A DNA stretch of 58,589 nucleotides, counting the filler, from Dirinaria sp. TL-2023a (Eukaryota): NCBI GenBank assembly GCA_051941275.1. It is 4 parts of 4 records of this genome, joined end to end, with 100 filler letters (N's around TTAATTAATTAA, not from the genome) between each part and the next. Parts side by side here need not be neighbours in the genome. Positions count along the whole stretch, not along the records: positions 1 to 14,603 come from JAVEBF010000595.1; 3 more parts are not named here. One strand, written 5' to 3'. Each line of letters begins with the position of its first letter. Position 1 is the stretch's first letter. Both the position numbers and the translations under genes were made by a program. Positions 1 through 11,006 of the stretch are shown here, one piece after another. The notes below the pieces were generated by a model. That model was not told the DNA's origin and ran no database searches. It saw only the letters and a list, made by a program, of their open reading frames with translations.

Positions 1-47
<47 letters not shown>
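1..47. repeat. poly(A) homopolymer at the window/contig edge
   Basis: 47 consecutive A's at the start of the window. Confidence 0.95.
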
Positions 48-48
<1 letters not shown>

Positions 49-249
49 AAAAGATCCTCCCAACTCCAGTACCAGCGAACAAAGGCCGAACCAAATCTGA
101 AGAAACACCCGGATATGCAACCCAATTTTCCGCTGCGTCAATTATGTGTCGTGAGTGAGTGAGGCGCTTGGTCGAGCGAGCGAGCGGCCTTGAAAGTAAG
201 TGTACGTACACCGCGATGGGGAGGAAAAAAAGGGCTGGTTGAGATGAAG

Positions 250-284
250 CCCAAGCCAAGCCAAGTCAAGCCAAGCCAAGCCAA
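250..284. repeat. (CCAAG)n pentanucleotide microsatellite
   Basis: ccaagccaagccaagtcaagccaagccaagccaa, just downstream of the kinase stop codon. Confidence 0.85.
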
Positions 285-397
285 TCGATGTGGGAGGGAG
301 ATAAAGGTACGGGGCATCTAAAAAGATTATTTAATTTACATCGAAAAATATGCGCGGCGGCATCATCGAAAGAGCAAACAGACAGCACTCTCATGTT

Positions 398-3120
398 TCA
401 GAACACTGCGGCCAGCCCGCTCTTCGACTGCCTCTTGCTGAACCGCTTGCGTCCCATGAAGGAGTCGCTTTCCGGATTGGCCTGGTGGTGTTTCTGGAGC
501 GTGTTGCGCCCTTGCCCCGCCGTTTCGGGCCGTGGCGGAGAATCCAGATCCAGGTCTCTGCTGGACCCGGCTGCACCGCCGTTCTGCAGGCTCTGGTCGC
601 TGGTGTAGGAGATGGAGGAATTCTGCGAAAGGGCCATTTCGCGCGCGGTTTCGATGGCGTCCAGCCATTCCTGCGCCGAGGCTGACGTTGCAGAGCTGTC
701 TGACGATGAGGCTTTGGGGTCCTCGAAGGTGAAATGTTTGTCACGCTGCAGAGCGGTTAGACTTCCTGTCATAAGAGCACGAGGGGGTGGAGACATACCG
801 TATCAATAGACCAGTAATTCAAGCCCTTGGAATCCTGTGCTTGCTTCCAAGCACAATTTGCAGCGATCAAGGATATTTCAGACTTGGTCTTCTTTTCTTC
901 TCCGCCGGCAGCGACCATCAAGACCCGTGCACTCGACGTGATCATGACAAGTCTCTGGCGCTTCTTCGGCGCACTACTACCGAAGAATCTCGAGAACTTC
1001 TTTGGCGCATCGTCCCCATTCTGAGTGCCATTCGAAGTCTTCGGGCTACTTGGGTTTGTTGAAGATAAAACAATGAGGTTTCCCAGCTTGAGGATGCGTT
1101 CATTGCTTTTAGTGAGGACAGGCGACCACTCGATGTCGAGCTGCGTGGGTGGAGCTAGCTCTGTGATTACCCTTGGAGATGGTTTTGGGATCCCACTAGG
1201 TACAGGTCCGCTGTCATAATGGGTTGCCGAAGTGCTATGCGAAGGTTGGATGTTTGGAGGGTAGCTACTAGGATTGGCGTTACGGCTTGTTTGGCCGTTG
1301 AGCTGCATAGGTTCCGCCGGTACAGGTACGAAACTTCTAAGCTTGGGTGCCTTCTGCTTCCAAAGACCCCGCCCCCATTTGGCACTTGTGAAAAATTCGT
1401 GGTTCTTGACATGTTCAACTGTCAACCGCCTTGATGGATCCAGAACCAGTAATCGCTCAACCAAGTCTTTTGCGACTTCCGGGAATCCTCGAGGGAACTC
1501 GTAATTCAAGGCGATAATCTTCTGGAAAGTCAAGTATTCATTACCTGCTTTGAATGGTGGTCTACCTGCCAACAGCTGGTAGATAATGCATCCGAATGCC
1601 CAAAGATCACTGGCTTTGCAGGCATTTTTGTCGGTCAAAAGCTCTGGGCTGACATACTCAGCAGTACCAACGAATGAGTTCGCTCTGTTGTCTTCAGAGC
1701 CATCCAGAAGTTCGCCAGCAGCAGTGATGCCGTTTTGTGCTGTTGGCCTTATGTCCAAGATCTTCGCTGTCCCGAAATCAGTTATCTTGACGTGCATTTG
1801 ATCATCTAGCAGAACATTCTCGGGCTTTAGGTCTCGGTGGATCACCCCTCTCGCGTGCATAAAGTCGATGGTGTCCAGTATCTGTGCTCCATAGAACCTT
1901 GTGCAGTCTTCGTCAAATGTTCTCATGCGCTTCAGAACGCCAAGGAGCTCGCCCCCTGTGCATAAGTCCAGCACATAGTATAGCGATCGTTGGTCCTGGA
2001 AGGTGTAGAAAAGCCGCACGACGCCAGGATGGTCTGTCAGTCTATTTAGAGCATCTTTTTCAATTGTCACGTATTTCACTTTCTTTTCTTTTATGATGTG
2101 GTGTTTCGAAAGGATTTTCATGGCGTACTCTCTGCCTGTGTTTCGGTCTGTAGCTGCTAAAACGGTGCTATAGGAGCCCTCTCCGAGTGTTCGCCCAAAG
2201 TGGAAATCTTTCACACCCTTGGTGACACTCTTAAGCACAGGCTTGCCATTAGCATCTATTTCCTTCCTAACCCCGACTGCAGCGCCTTTCTCCTGCCATT
2301 CCTCGCTACTGGTCGGCAGAGGGCTATCGCCATTGTGAAGAGTCTGCGGTGCTGCTTGCGGTATAGAGTCTGCGGCTTGCAGACCTGTCGAGTTTCCCAT
2401 GCCTCTTGAGCTTTTCCGAGACGGCAAAGGGCTGTTGCCTCCATAGATTTGTTGACTCTGTCTGTAGGATCGGTCGGTATAGTCACCTTGAGCGGTCGGC
2501 ACTCCAGCCTGCATGGCTGTGGACGCGCCTCTTGAGCTACTCCTTTGCGGTAGTCCCATCACGGACGGCCTAGACGGCTCATTCCGTTGCCGATACGAAC
2601 CCTGCCTCTGAGGATATTTACCATTCGGGGTAGCTGATGATGTTTGGGTGTACATGGCGGACACTGGACGCGTTGTAGAACTCGGATGCCTCTGGTTGAG
2701 CGGCATCATTGTGGGATATTGGGGGAATTGAACTTGCTGCTGGCCTTGGTAAGTGAGCGGTATAGATTGGCGATTTGTTTGCCGTTGCGCATAAGGGCTG
2801 GGTTCCTTCGCTGCGAGTGGCTGCTGTTTTTCGACCGACTCCTGCAGGTTGTTGACCGAAATTGAGTCTGTGGAAAAGGCGTTCGGGTTGAAGTCCAGTG
2901 GGGATGGTGGTCTGTCATGGTCGTTTGCGGAGAGTGATAGCGGTACGGATGTAGATGATGTGCTTTTCAGCTGGCTTGTAAGAGGGGATGCAATAGTCAC
3001 CGGCGAGGTCGATCTTACTCCGTTCCTGTCATCCTCTGGCATGGATTTGGGAGAGAGAGCATCCGGATTGGCGATGCGCAAGCCTCCCAAGGATTGAGAC
3101 AGACTCAAGTCGCCGTCCAT
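398..3120 (-). CDS. PKH1: PDK1/Pkh1/Ksg1-family Ser/Thr protein kinase with C-terminal PH-like domain; 2 exons (3120-799, 745-398)
   Basis: Kinase motifs LGEGSYSTV, HRDLKPEN, DFG and the PDK1-type activation loop RANSFVGTAEYVSPE. Intron 798-746 (GTATGT...CTAAC...TGCAG) joins the ORF to RDKHFTFEDP...KRQSKSGLAAVF*. ATG 3120 (MDGDLSLSQSL) is taken as the start. Confidence 0.93.
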
Positions 3121-4376
3121 ACTGCCAGGAGCGACAGCAGACACAACCGGCCTGGTGTGAGAGGTGGGGGTTGTCTTTTGGGGGGGGGTTTGGTTTGCTG
3201 CAGACTGATAAGTGACAAGTGACAAGAGACAAGACACATTGAAAGACGATACAAGTATGTGACTTTACACGGGAAGCTTATTAGTAGTCTAGACAGGGGT
3301 CGCCTGTAGTCCTTCACATCAACCAATCGGCAATTATCTGCCCCTGAAACCTTCTACCGTCCTCAGCGTCCTCAGCGTCCCAACCTCAACCCCATCACAA
3401 TCCAGGTACATGGCCAATATTTGACTTGGCTTTCAAACTCTCCCTTATGCAGCTCCTATGACAAAATGTCCGAGGCACATCTAATGTGTGTAACGTACAT
3501 TTCCATCTGCTGGTTCTGTGTCCCAATTGGCGATAATGGTCAGATTGGACCGACAATTGTCCATGATCAGAAGTCTACATCTTCCCTAGCGAAAAAGGAT
3601 TCGAAGAGAGGACCCGGCGTCTAGAATGCTCTATCGTTCTTGAGACACCATTATTATAGAGTGTCCGCCTGCTTGATCCTACGAACAGGTCGATCCACTG
3701 TTGCAAAACCTCATTGATAAATTGAACCTAATCAACAGATGGAAGCTTGGAATTCCGGATCAAGACCTATCCAGGGTTTTTGTTGGACTATGGCAGAGCC
3801 CTAGAGAGGCAAAGGCTAGCCAGTCTGAGATAAGGTACTCATATCATGTAGATAGGTGTACTGTAAACCCAATTTTACTACAGCGAGGTACTCGTACCTG
3901 AATTATGCCAGGTAGGTGCGCACTACGTTTCCGTTATAAAACCTTTCGGATCAGCTACCTCAGAACCTCGGAATTTTCTAGGAGGCGAATCGTGGTGTCC
4001 GCATATTAGAGCAATTTCTTGTGTTTTCAGGCATGTTCAAAAAGACCTTGAGCTTACTGCATCGGAGCGGCTACAAATACAGTTCTCACTACATTCAGAC
4101 GCAGCGTTTGAATCAGTTTTACTGATGAAAATTTACCCAAAAGTTTATGGGATGCAGTTCATGCCGGCCAGCCTGTCATCAAGCTCTGCTAACAGTTTTA
4201 CCTTCCGTAGAACAGTTTCATCCATGGGAAACAGCGACCCTTGATCGCGAAGTGCAATATGCTTTCCCTAATGTACAAGAACCTGCTTACTGGAGGGTGC
4301 AAAATTTTTGAGATGCTAATTTTCCTCTCGTGTATTATCTAAGGGGCCTTTGCTTGCATCTCCGGATACACTCAAG

Positions 4377-6353
4377 ATGTTGCGCATGAAGCCAACCCAG
4401 ATCGAGCTCAACGCAAGAGATCTCAATTGGCATAATGCTCGACACGAAACCCGTCAGAAGCAGCGCGCGAAAGGTCATCGTATTCCTATCCAGGAAAATA
4501 TATTGTCACAGCACACATCTACCAAAATCCTAGAAGACAACATCCCAGCATACCAATCTCCTGATCGGCAGCTTTCTAGAGCCGCGGCCATCGTAGCCGC
4601 TCCGCAGATGCCCCTGTTTTCCAGAAAGCCCGATCTACACAAATTTTGGTCGGGTGTGATGGTTGGAGCCGGTGTGCTACCTAACATGCAGCATGTCGTC
4701 ACGCGGAAGCCCTTCATAGTTTCTGGTCCCTCTTGTTTATCGTCTGGGCTGCACTCTGCTAAAGCATCACTTCAAGAAGACTCTAGCGATAGGTGTGCCG
4801 TAGATGACGATTCATACAGGAATCGTACAAGCATGCACGGTCAGTCCAGAGCCCGCAGAAACACTACTTATCAGCACGATCTTGATAGTCTTTCGAGGCT
4901 GAGCGATGCTGAAGAAGATCACGAGAACGATGTCGACTCAGGGACGTCGCAGGCCTTGACCCAAGTTGATAGCTCGTACGGATACCGGCCATCTTCGTCT
5001 TCCTCCCGTAATCGAAGCCAAACGGATCGCGGCAGGGCCCATGCTCCAAGTCTACGTCGACGAGACTCACATCTGAGAAACCTAGACGGCTCATCCGATC
5101 CGCTCCCTCGACAAGACGATCCGCAGGGCAGGACTGCAGCAAGTGCAGGGCAATTCAGCATGGCTGAGGGTCCTCTAGCCTACCAGCAAACTCCGCCTCT
5201 GCATAACGGACTCTCCTCTGGAACCTTGGGAGATCTTGGTTTTCAAGGGAATTCAAGCTTTCACACATCGCCGTTCAGTCCGGATAGGCCCATGGATTGC
5301 TCTACACGCGCGTTTTCGTCATCACCTCCACAGCTTCCCCTTCCCATTGACAATGTTCGTCGGTTCTCGAACGCACATCGAAGGTCGCCGCTATACATTT
5401 CGCAAGTGCCTAGTTCAAGTTCTCCAGAGAAACGACCAAGGCCGCCGTCCGATACGAATGAGATCGACTTCAATCAGCAAATGGAGTTGATGAGACTTCA
5501 ATCACGCCGACGTAAACGGTACAAGAGGCGAAGCCAAAGCTACCCCTTCGTCTTATCAGAGACGGAGCCCATGTCGAATGGGCCGGACTATAGTGCTCGG
5601 CCTACCAACAATACTCCAATCAGCATACGACACAAGCCAACGGCTATCATTCCGGAAATTAGTTACACATATTCATCGCTGCCATCTATCAGAGGACACC
5701 TTGACACATCAAACCCCAGTTCGGCCAGTGAAATGTCCTCGGTCGCAGTCTCACCTGCCCGTCGTGACCCAAGTCCGTCTACGAATCCTCCTACACCATG
5801 CCATCATCCACCGTGGGACCCACCGCTTCCTGTACCACCTCATGCTTTTAGCGCTGTCCGTCGCGCTGTCTCGATTGCTCCCGCTCTACCATCGGCGACG
5901 CTTTCTCCGTCGCCCACTCCTCAAAACACGTCCTTGCTGATCAGACAAGGGCAATTGGAGCTCTCGGGGACGGAACCAACGCAACAGACGCCAAGCTATG
6001 AAGTATATAATGACCGTTTGCCGGCTTCTTCTCAGCCACAAACACCCCGAGGGCTGCCGACAAATGGAGTCCCGAGAAGTGGCTTGCCATCTATATACAG
6101 AGGAGCCTTCACTGCACCAGCGGGCATTGCTCGACGGACCGGACAGCGAACATCGCAAAATGCTGCTGATCATAGTCCGACGAGGCAGGGTAGCAGGAGA
6201 ATGGGTCTGCGGTTGGACGATCAGGAAAACGAGAGGCACGGGTACGAGAGAGAGAGGCGATGGAGAAGGCAAGCATCATCAAGAGGTTTGAGTTCGAACT
6301 CCGTGGACTGGAGCAGTGAGGATGCTGAAGCCAGAGATATTGACCAGATCTGA
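4377..6353 (+). CDS. Ser/Pro-rich disordered protein with N-terminal APC/C Cdc26-like motif (MLRMKPTQIEL)
   Basis: About 658-codon uninterrupted ORF. The first ATG gives MLRMKPTQIELNARDL, resembling the Cdc26 N-terminus MLRRKPTRLEL. The rest is low complexity. Confidence 0.7.
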   Translation: MLRMKPTQIELNARDLNWHNARHETRQKQRAKGHRIPIQENILSQHTSTKILEDNIPAYQSPDRQLSRAAAIVAAPQMPLFSRKPDLHKFWSGVMVGAGVLPNMQHVVTRKPFIVSGPSCLSSGLHSAKASLQEDSSDRCAVDDDSYRNRTSMHGQSRARRNTTYQHDLDSLSRLSDAEEDHENDVDSGTSQALTQVDSSYGYRPSSSSSRNRSQTDRGRAHAPSLRRRDSHLRNLDGSSDPLPRQDDPQGRTAASAGQFSMAEGPLAYQQTPPLHNGLSSGTLGDLGFQGNSSFHTSPFSPDRPMDCSTRAFSSSPPQLPLPIDNVRRFSNAHRRSPLYISQVPSSSSPEKRPRPPSDTNEIDFNQQMELMRLQSRRRKRYKRRSQSYPFVLSETEPMSNGPDYSARPTNNTPISIRHKPTAIIPEISYTYSSLPSIRGHLDTSNPSSASEMSSVAVSPARRDPSPSTNPPTPCHHPPWDPPLPVPPHAFSAVRRAVSIAPALPSATLSPSPTPQNTSLLIRQGQLELSGTEPTQQTPSYEVYNDRLPASSQPQTPRGLPTNGVPRSGLPSIYRGAFTAPAGIARRTGQRTSQNAADHSPTRQGSRRMGLRLDDQENERHGYERERRWRRQASSRGLSSNSVDWSSEDAEARDIDQI

Positions 6354-6607
6354 GGCAGGGGAAACGAGAGCCGATGGATGGCTTCAGACGCAGCTGTCAC
6401 AGCATACTTTGATTATCGAAACGTAGGAAGCATTGGAGACCACTACGGGCTAAAATTGGTCGACACAGCCATTGATCCATATTCAATTCCGTGCACTCAA
6501 ATGCGTATATAGCTCAACCATACGCTAGTGTCACGTCTTCGGATTGATACTTACCTTATTACTATGTTGTTGTGAGTAAGGTAAGCACCTCAGGGTGCTT
6601 TCACGGT

Positions 6608-6630
6608 TTAGGGTTGCAATGCAACCCTAA
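6608..6630. promoter_or_regulatory. 23-bp palindrome TTAGGGTTGCA-A-TGCAACCCTAA upstream of the MBL-fold gene
   Basis: Perfect 11-bp arms, each containing TTAGGG/CCCTAA, about 200 bp before ATG 6833. The regulatory role is inferred only. Confidence 0.4.
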
Positions 6631-6832
6631 GGTACCATGAACAGCAATTTGAGCACCACGTCATCAGACGCTGAACTCGTAATCGGTAATGCAACATTGA
6701 TCCTCGAATATTTCCGGTCCAGCCGGCAGCTCCTGCAATATGAAATCGACGGTAAAGTACTTATCTCTCGAATCTGTCCGTGTCTCTTCCCGCGCAAACT
6801 ACGACAATACCTAGAAGCATTCTCCCATAATC

Positions 6833-8084
6833 ATGGCTACTCCGGAACCTCCTCCGGCACTCAACATTCCCGATTCCCAGAGTACTGTGATTGTTCATGT
6901 GATCGATACTACTTCGCGCCTGCGGGTGCCCAGCAGATTTGCGCTGGAGCCTGAGATCAAAGGGTTCGATACCATGGAGGGCCCTTCTTTCTCCTTTCTC
7001 ATCGAGCATCCTGCAAATGGTCGTAAGGTCCTTTACGACCTCGGCATGCGCAAGGACTGGGAGAACCTCGCTCCCGCCATTGTTCGCCTAATCAGGAACG
7101 TGGGCGCCAGCATCACGGTTGACAAAGGTGTCGCTGATATCCTGGATGATGGTGGAGTCAAGCCTGACACTATCGAGGCTATCATCTGGAGGTGAGCCTA
7201 CTTCTGCAATGACAGAGACTCGAAGCGGGCTGATACGCTCCAAAGCCATTACCACTATGACCACATCGGAGATGTTTCGACCTTTCCTAAGTCTACAGCA
7301 CTGGTCGTTGGCCCTGACTTCAAGGAACATCTGGTGCCAGGCTACCCGACTGACAAGGACGCACCAATCCGCGAGAGCGACTACGAGGGGCGTCCACTTC
7401 GACAGATTGAATTTGATGATTCTAGTATCATGATTGGTCAATTCAGAGCGACTGACTATTTCGGTGACGGTAGCTTTTACCTGCTGGACAGCCCAGGCGT
7501 AAGTCACCCCAACGTATATCTTGCACCCCTTCGATGCTCGATTGTCACTGACCATACCCTGCCTTATACAGCATGCCGTAGGCCATATGTGCGCTCTTTG
7601 CCGCACTACCACTTCCCCAGATACCTTTATCTTTCTCGGGGGCGACTGTGCGCATCACGGCTCGGAATGGCGACCCACCCAGTACCTGCCGTTGCCGGAG
7701 GAGATCAAGCCATCCCCATTGCCTGCTTTATATCCCGGCGCGTGTCCGGGTTCACTCTTCGCTCCACTCCACCGCTTCCACCATGGTGACGCCGCTCCAC
7801 ACGAGCGTGACATTGACGCCATGACTCACCCATTCTGCACACCAGCCAACGGGATGTCCCATAACGACGCGGCAGCAATGGAAAGCACGGACCACATGGC
7901 GGAGTTCGACGCTCACGACAACATTTTGACCATGATTGCGCACGACAACGCGATGCTCAACATTGTCGACTTATTCCCCCGGGGCACAGCCAACGAGTGG
8001 AAGAAGAAGGGATGGCGTGAGAAGGCAATGTGGCGCTTCCTGGCCGACTTTCAAGAAGCCGTGAAAGAGAAGATGGAGCGGTAG
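6833..8084 (+). CDS. Metallo-beta-lactamase-fold hydrolase (N-acyl-homoserine-lactonase-like); exons 6833-7191, 7246-7498, 7572-8084
   Basis: Splicing GT-AG introns 7192-7245 and 7499-7571 restores the metal-binding motifs WSHYHYDHIGD (HxHxDH), DSPGHAVGH, GGDCAHH and a C-terminal AHD. Confidence 0.9.
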
Positions 8085-8473
8085 GCAATCAAGTGTGAAT
8101 TGTGATGGAGAAGGAGAAGAATGAGCCGAATGAGTCGAATGAGTCGATAGTATTTGGCGGTGAAGCCAGTGAAGCCAGTGAGGATTCTATTTGTTCACGA
8201 AACATCCCGGGTTGACGTTGGACCCCGTCCCCGCTGATTGGTCGGCCCCACATTCGGCCATTCTACGCTATGGCGTCAGATCGACGGCGCTAGGCGGTTC
8301 CGGGCATGCTGGCAAGCCATCGAATTGCGATTGGATCGTCTATCGACGCTAAGGGCTCCGGGGACGGTTTAAAGAGCAGCTCCCGCTGTTCCTGCTTTCG
8401 CTCTTTCAACTCACACAGTCTCACACTCTGAGTTTTGTAATTGCTGCAGCTCGCGGTGGATTGTCGCATACCC

Positions 8474-8590
8474 GGACCCTGACCCGGACCCTCAACCTCA
8501 CCCTCAACCTCACCCTCACCCTCACCCTCACCTTGACCCTGGCAGCCTCATATAACCCTACCTAACCCTACCTTACCCTCACACCCTCAC
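8474..8590. repeat. degenerate (ACCCTC)n / TAACCCT C-rich hexamer tract
   Basis: ctcaacctcaccctcaacctcaccctcaccctcaccctcacc followed by taaccctacctaaccctaccttaccctc. Confidence 0.75.
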
Positions 8591-8796
8591 CGGTCGATTG
8601 CCTTTTCCTTTGTTCGGAGGCCGCCATGCAATCTTGATGTCGTTGGACGAATACTTTACCTAGTCCACTTTCTTTCCTTTCCTCATCCCACCCCGAACCG
8701 CTTCTTCCGCTATCATCCCCATTCCTACTCCATTGGCGCATGTGAGTGATCCGCGACTTCAGTCACTCGATCCAAGCAGTCGTCCTTTCAATCATC

Positions 8797-9822
8797 ATGG
8801 GCTCACTACGGTTCGGCGATCTCTCCGACGCTTCTGCCATGGTCTTACCGCCTTATCACCATCGGTCCTTCGACCCTTCCTCGCTTTACTATGCCTCTCT
8901 TCAACGGTACTACTCAGGCAGCCCTATCAAGACATCCCTTCCTACCCGAGACGTAGACATTCCCACAGAGGGCATGGACAGCGAGCCTTTCATGTCGGTA
9001 CCAGCATCCAGTCCTTCACCGACTTCTTGCAACAAGCGCAAACGCGACAATGTTGACGATGGATCGAACCTTGGCCAGGAGCAGCACGTGCTGAATTGCG
9101 CACCTTCTGCCATCGAAGACGATCCAATGAATGGTGAAGGAACAGTCTTGCTCAACCCCTTGAACGAGGGACCGGTGTCCGTGAAGAACCTAATCCCAGC
9201 ACGGATTGATGAAAGATTTGACGTCAAATCCAACCCTGCCGCGGAAGCAGAAGCCTCATGCGTAGAAGCCAAAGAGGAGCTCGAATGCTTTCCCCCTCAG
9301 AAGTGCCGGCGTCGCGAATCTCCTCAGCTCATCACCGACGCGTTGGCTACCAATCTAACCAAAACCACAACCGAACAACCTATCATTGATCAGTTCACAC
9401 ACCTGCTCGGCATAGGCTGGACGCGCATTGCCTCTGACACGGACGTGCAGAAAGCCACGCGCGGATGGGCGAGATACATCGAGAATCACTACCCATTGCA
9501 CGCCGTCGAGGTCCTGCTTACAAGCAAAGCGCTCGAAGATGCTGTACTGGTATTCGCACGCGATGGCTCAATGGTAGCGCAGCAAGGCTTCTTTCTGTTC
9601 CGGGAAGATCTGAGCGAGGGAAGATTGGTCGCGTACGACTGGGAGACTTGCGTCAGCCGATTGCAAGCTTCGCCTCTGCTCTTTGAGGGGGTTGAGGAGT
9701 TGAAGGCTGCAAAGAGTCCGACAACCAGCGCGGTGAGGGTCGGCGGTGGTTGTGCGATGCTCTCGGACTCGGAAAAATATTTTGCGACACTACCTGCGGA
9801 TGACGTTATGGCCTGCGACTAA
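8797..9822 (+). CDS. Conserved fungal hypothetical protein (start ATG 8797 or 8839)
   Basis: Long ORF with a disordered N-half and a folded-looking C-domain LLGIGW...RGWARYIENHYPL...FFLFREDLSEGRLV. Confidence 0.75.
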   Translation: MGSLRFGDLSDASAMVLPPYHHRSFDPSSLYYASLQRYYSGSPIKTSLPTRDVDIPTEGMDSEPFMSVPASSPSPTSCNKRKRDNVDDGSNLGQEQHVLNCAPSAIEDDPMNGEGTVLLNPLNEGPVSVKNLIPARIDERFDVKSNPAAEAEASCVEAKEELECFPPQKCRRRESPQLITDALATNLTKTTTEQPIIDQFTHLLGIGWTRIASDTDVQKATRGWARYIENHYPLHAVEVLLTSKALEDAVLVFARDGSMVAQQGFFLFREDLSEGRLVAYDWETCVSRLQASPLLFEGVEELKAAKSPTTSAVRVGGGCAMLSDSEKYFATLPADDVMACD

Positions 9823-10367
9823 GGGAAAACGGATAGATGGAGTAACTGGCGCGTATGGAGAAGGGAAAAATGGAGTATAGTTGTTTTTGATTCCTGTCTA
9901 TGTCCGGTGCGAAGGGCTTTTTGGTGGCTAGATTCTCCGCCTACTGACTGGCTGGATTGGAAAAGGTTGGAGAGGCGGAAGCGATCTCTATCGCTATCAC
10001 ATCTACTAAGCGGCGTCATGCGATCTATCACTATGATTGATACATACATGAAGCTGGATGCAGCCGGGCATGTGATCAGCCCTTGGGCCCTCACTGTCGG
10101 GGTTGCGCAATTCTTGCACAAGCTCTAGCTTGATCTCCACAGGTCACGAAGGACGGGATCATGCGACTCTCCTTGAACCCAAAGCACTGCTCATCATTAC
10201 GGCCTGCAAGTCACCTTTCTGGATTGCCAGCATGGATCCCTTTCGTTCGCTTGACCGCGAATCAAAGATTGCAAGCTGGCACACTCGTCCAGAGTTCCCA
10301 GACAAGGGGTTGGATATGTGCAAGCAACACTTGGATGGACCACAGGCTTCTGTGTAGTGCGCACAAG

Positions 10368-10408
10368 CCAAGCCAAGCACAGCATAACATAGCATAGCAT
10401 AACATAAG
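10368..10408. repeat. compound (CCAAG)/(AGCAT) pentamer microsatellite
   Basis: ccaagccaagcacagcataacatagcatagcataacataag. Confidence 0.7.
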
Positions 10409-11006
10409 CTGGTCTCGGCATCGTTCCTTTCTGTTCCGCCAATCACATGAATGTTCAACTGCTCGCACCTGCCGCCTTTGGCGGCCACTCCTCCGTCTCT
10501 AATTCTCACTCCACAACTCTGTTCGCACTCTGATGTCGTCAAGCTCAATTCCGCGAATAGCAAATCTGCACTCGCCATCACCGAGGTACAGTACAGTCTC
10601 GAAGCACATACTCCGTACACATTTCCCTTTATGAGATGCGTCGTGTGATATATCTGCTCATAGGCTACCTATTAGCATGTTGCTTATTCTTTGGTTCTTC
10701 AATCTCCGCCGGATCTGCGAAGGTTGTCTCCGTGATGGCGATGCTGTCCATCACTGCCAGATTAGCGTATGAAACGGAGAGAACGCAGAGACGGCAGCTA
10801 ATCTTAGCACACGCTAGCCGTGTTCGGATTAGCGTGGGACTTTCAGCTGATGAGCTGAGGCTCGTGAGGCTGTAGAAAGCACTGAGCAAGGCTGGACCCA
10901 GAACTAATACCTTATAAATTAGACGCCCAAAGCATAGTTACTAGTCAAACGAATCATGAGCTTCTGCGCGGATAAAGTATATACATACCTAAGGTAGTTT
11001 GAAGTT

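Noticed and set aside
3121..3237. N-terminal extension of the kinase in the ORF track
   Set aside because: Begins at a non-ATG codon and crosses a G homopolymer; ATG 3120 is the more plausible start.
8550..8590. TAACCC-like repeats as a telomere
   Set aside because: Only two or three degenerate units, internal, inside a C-rich leader tract.
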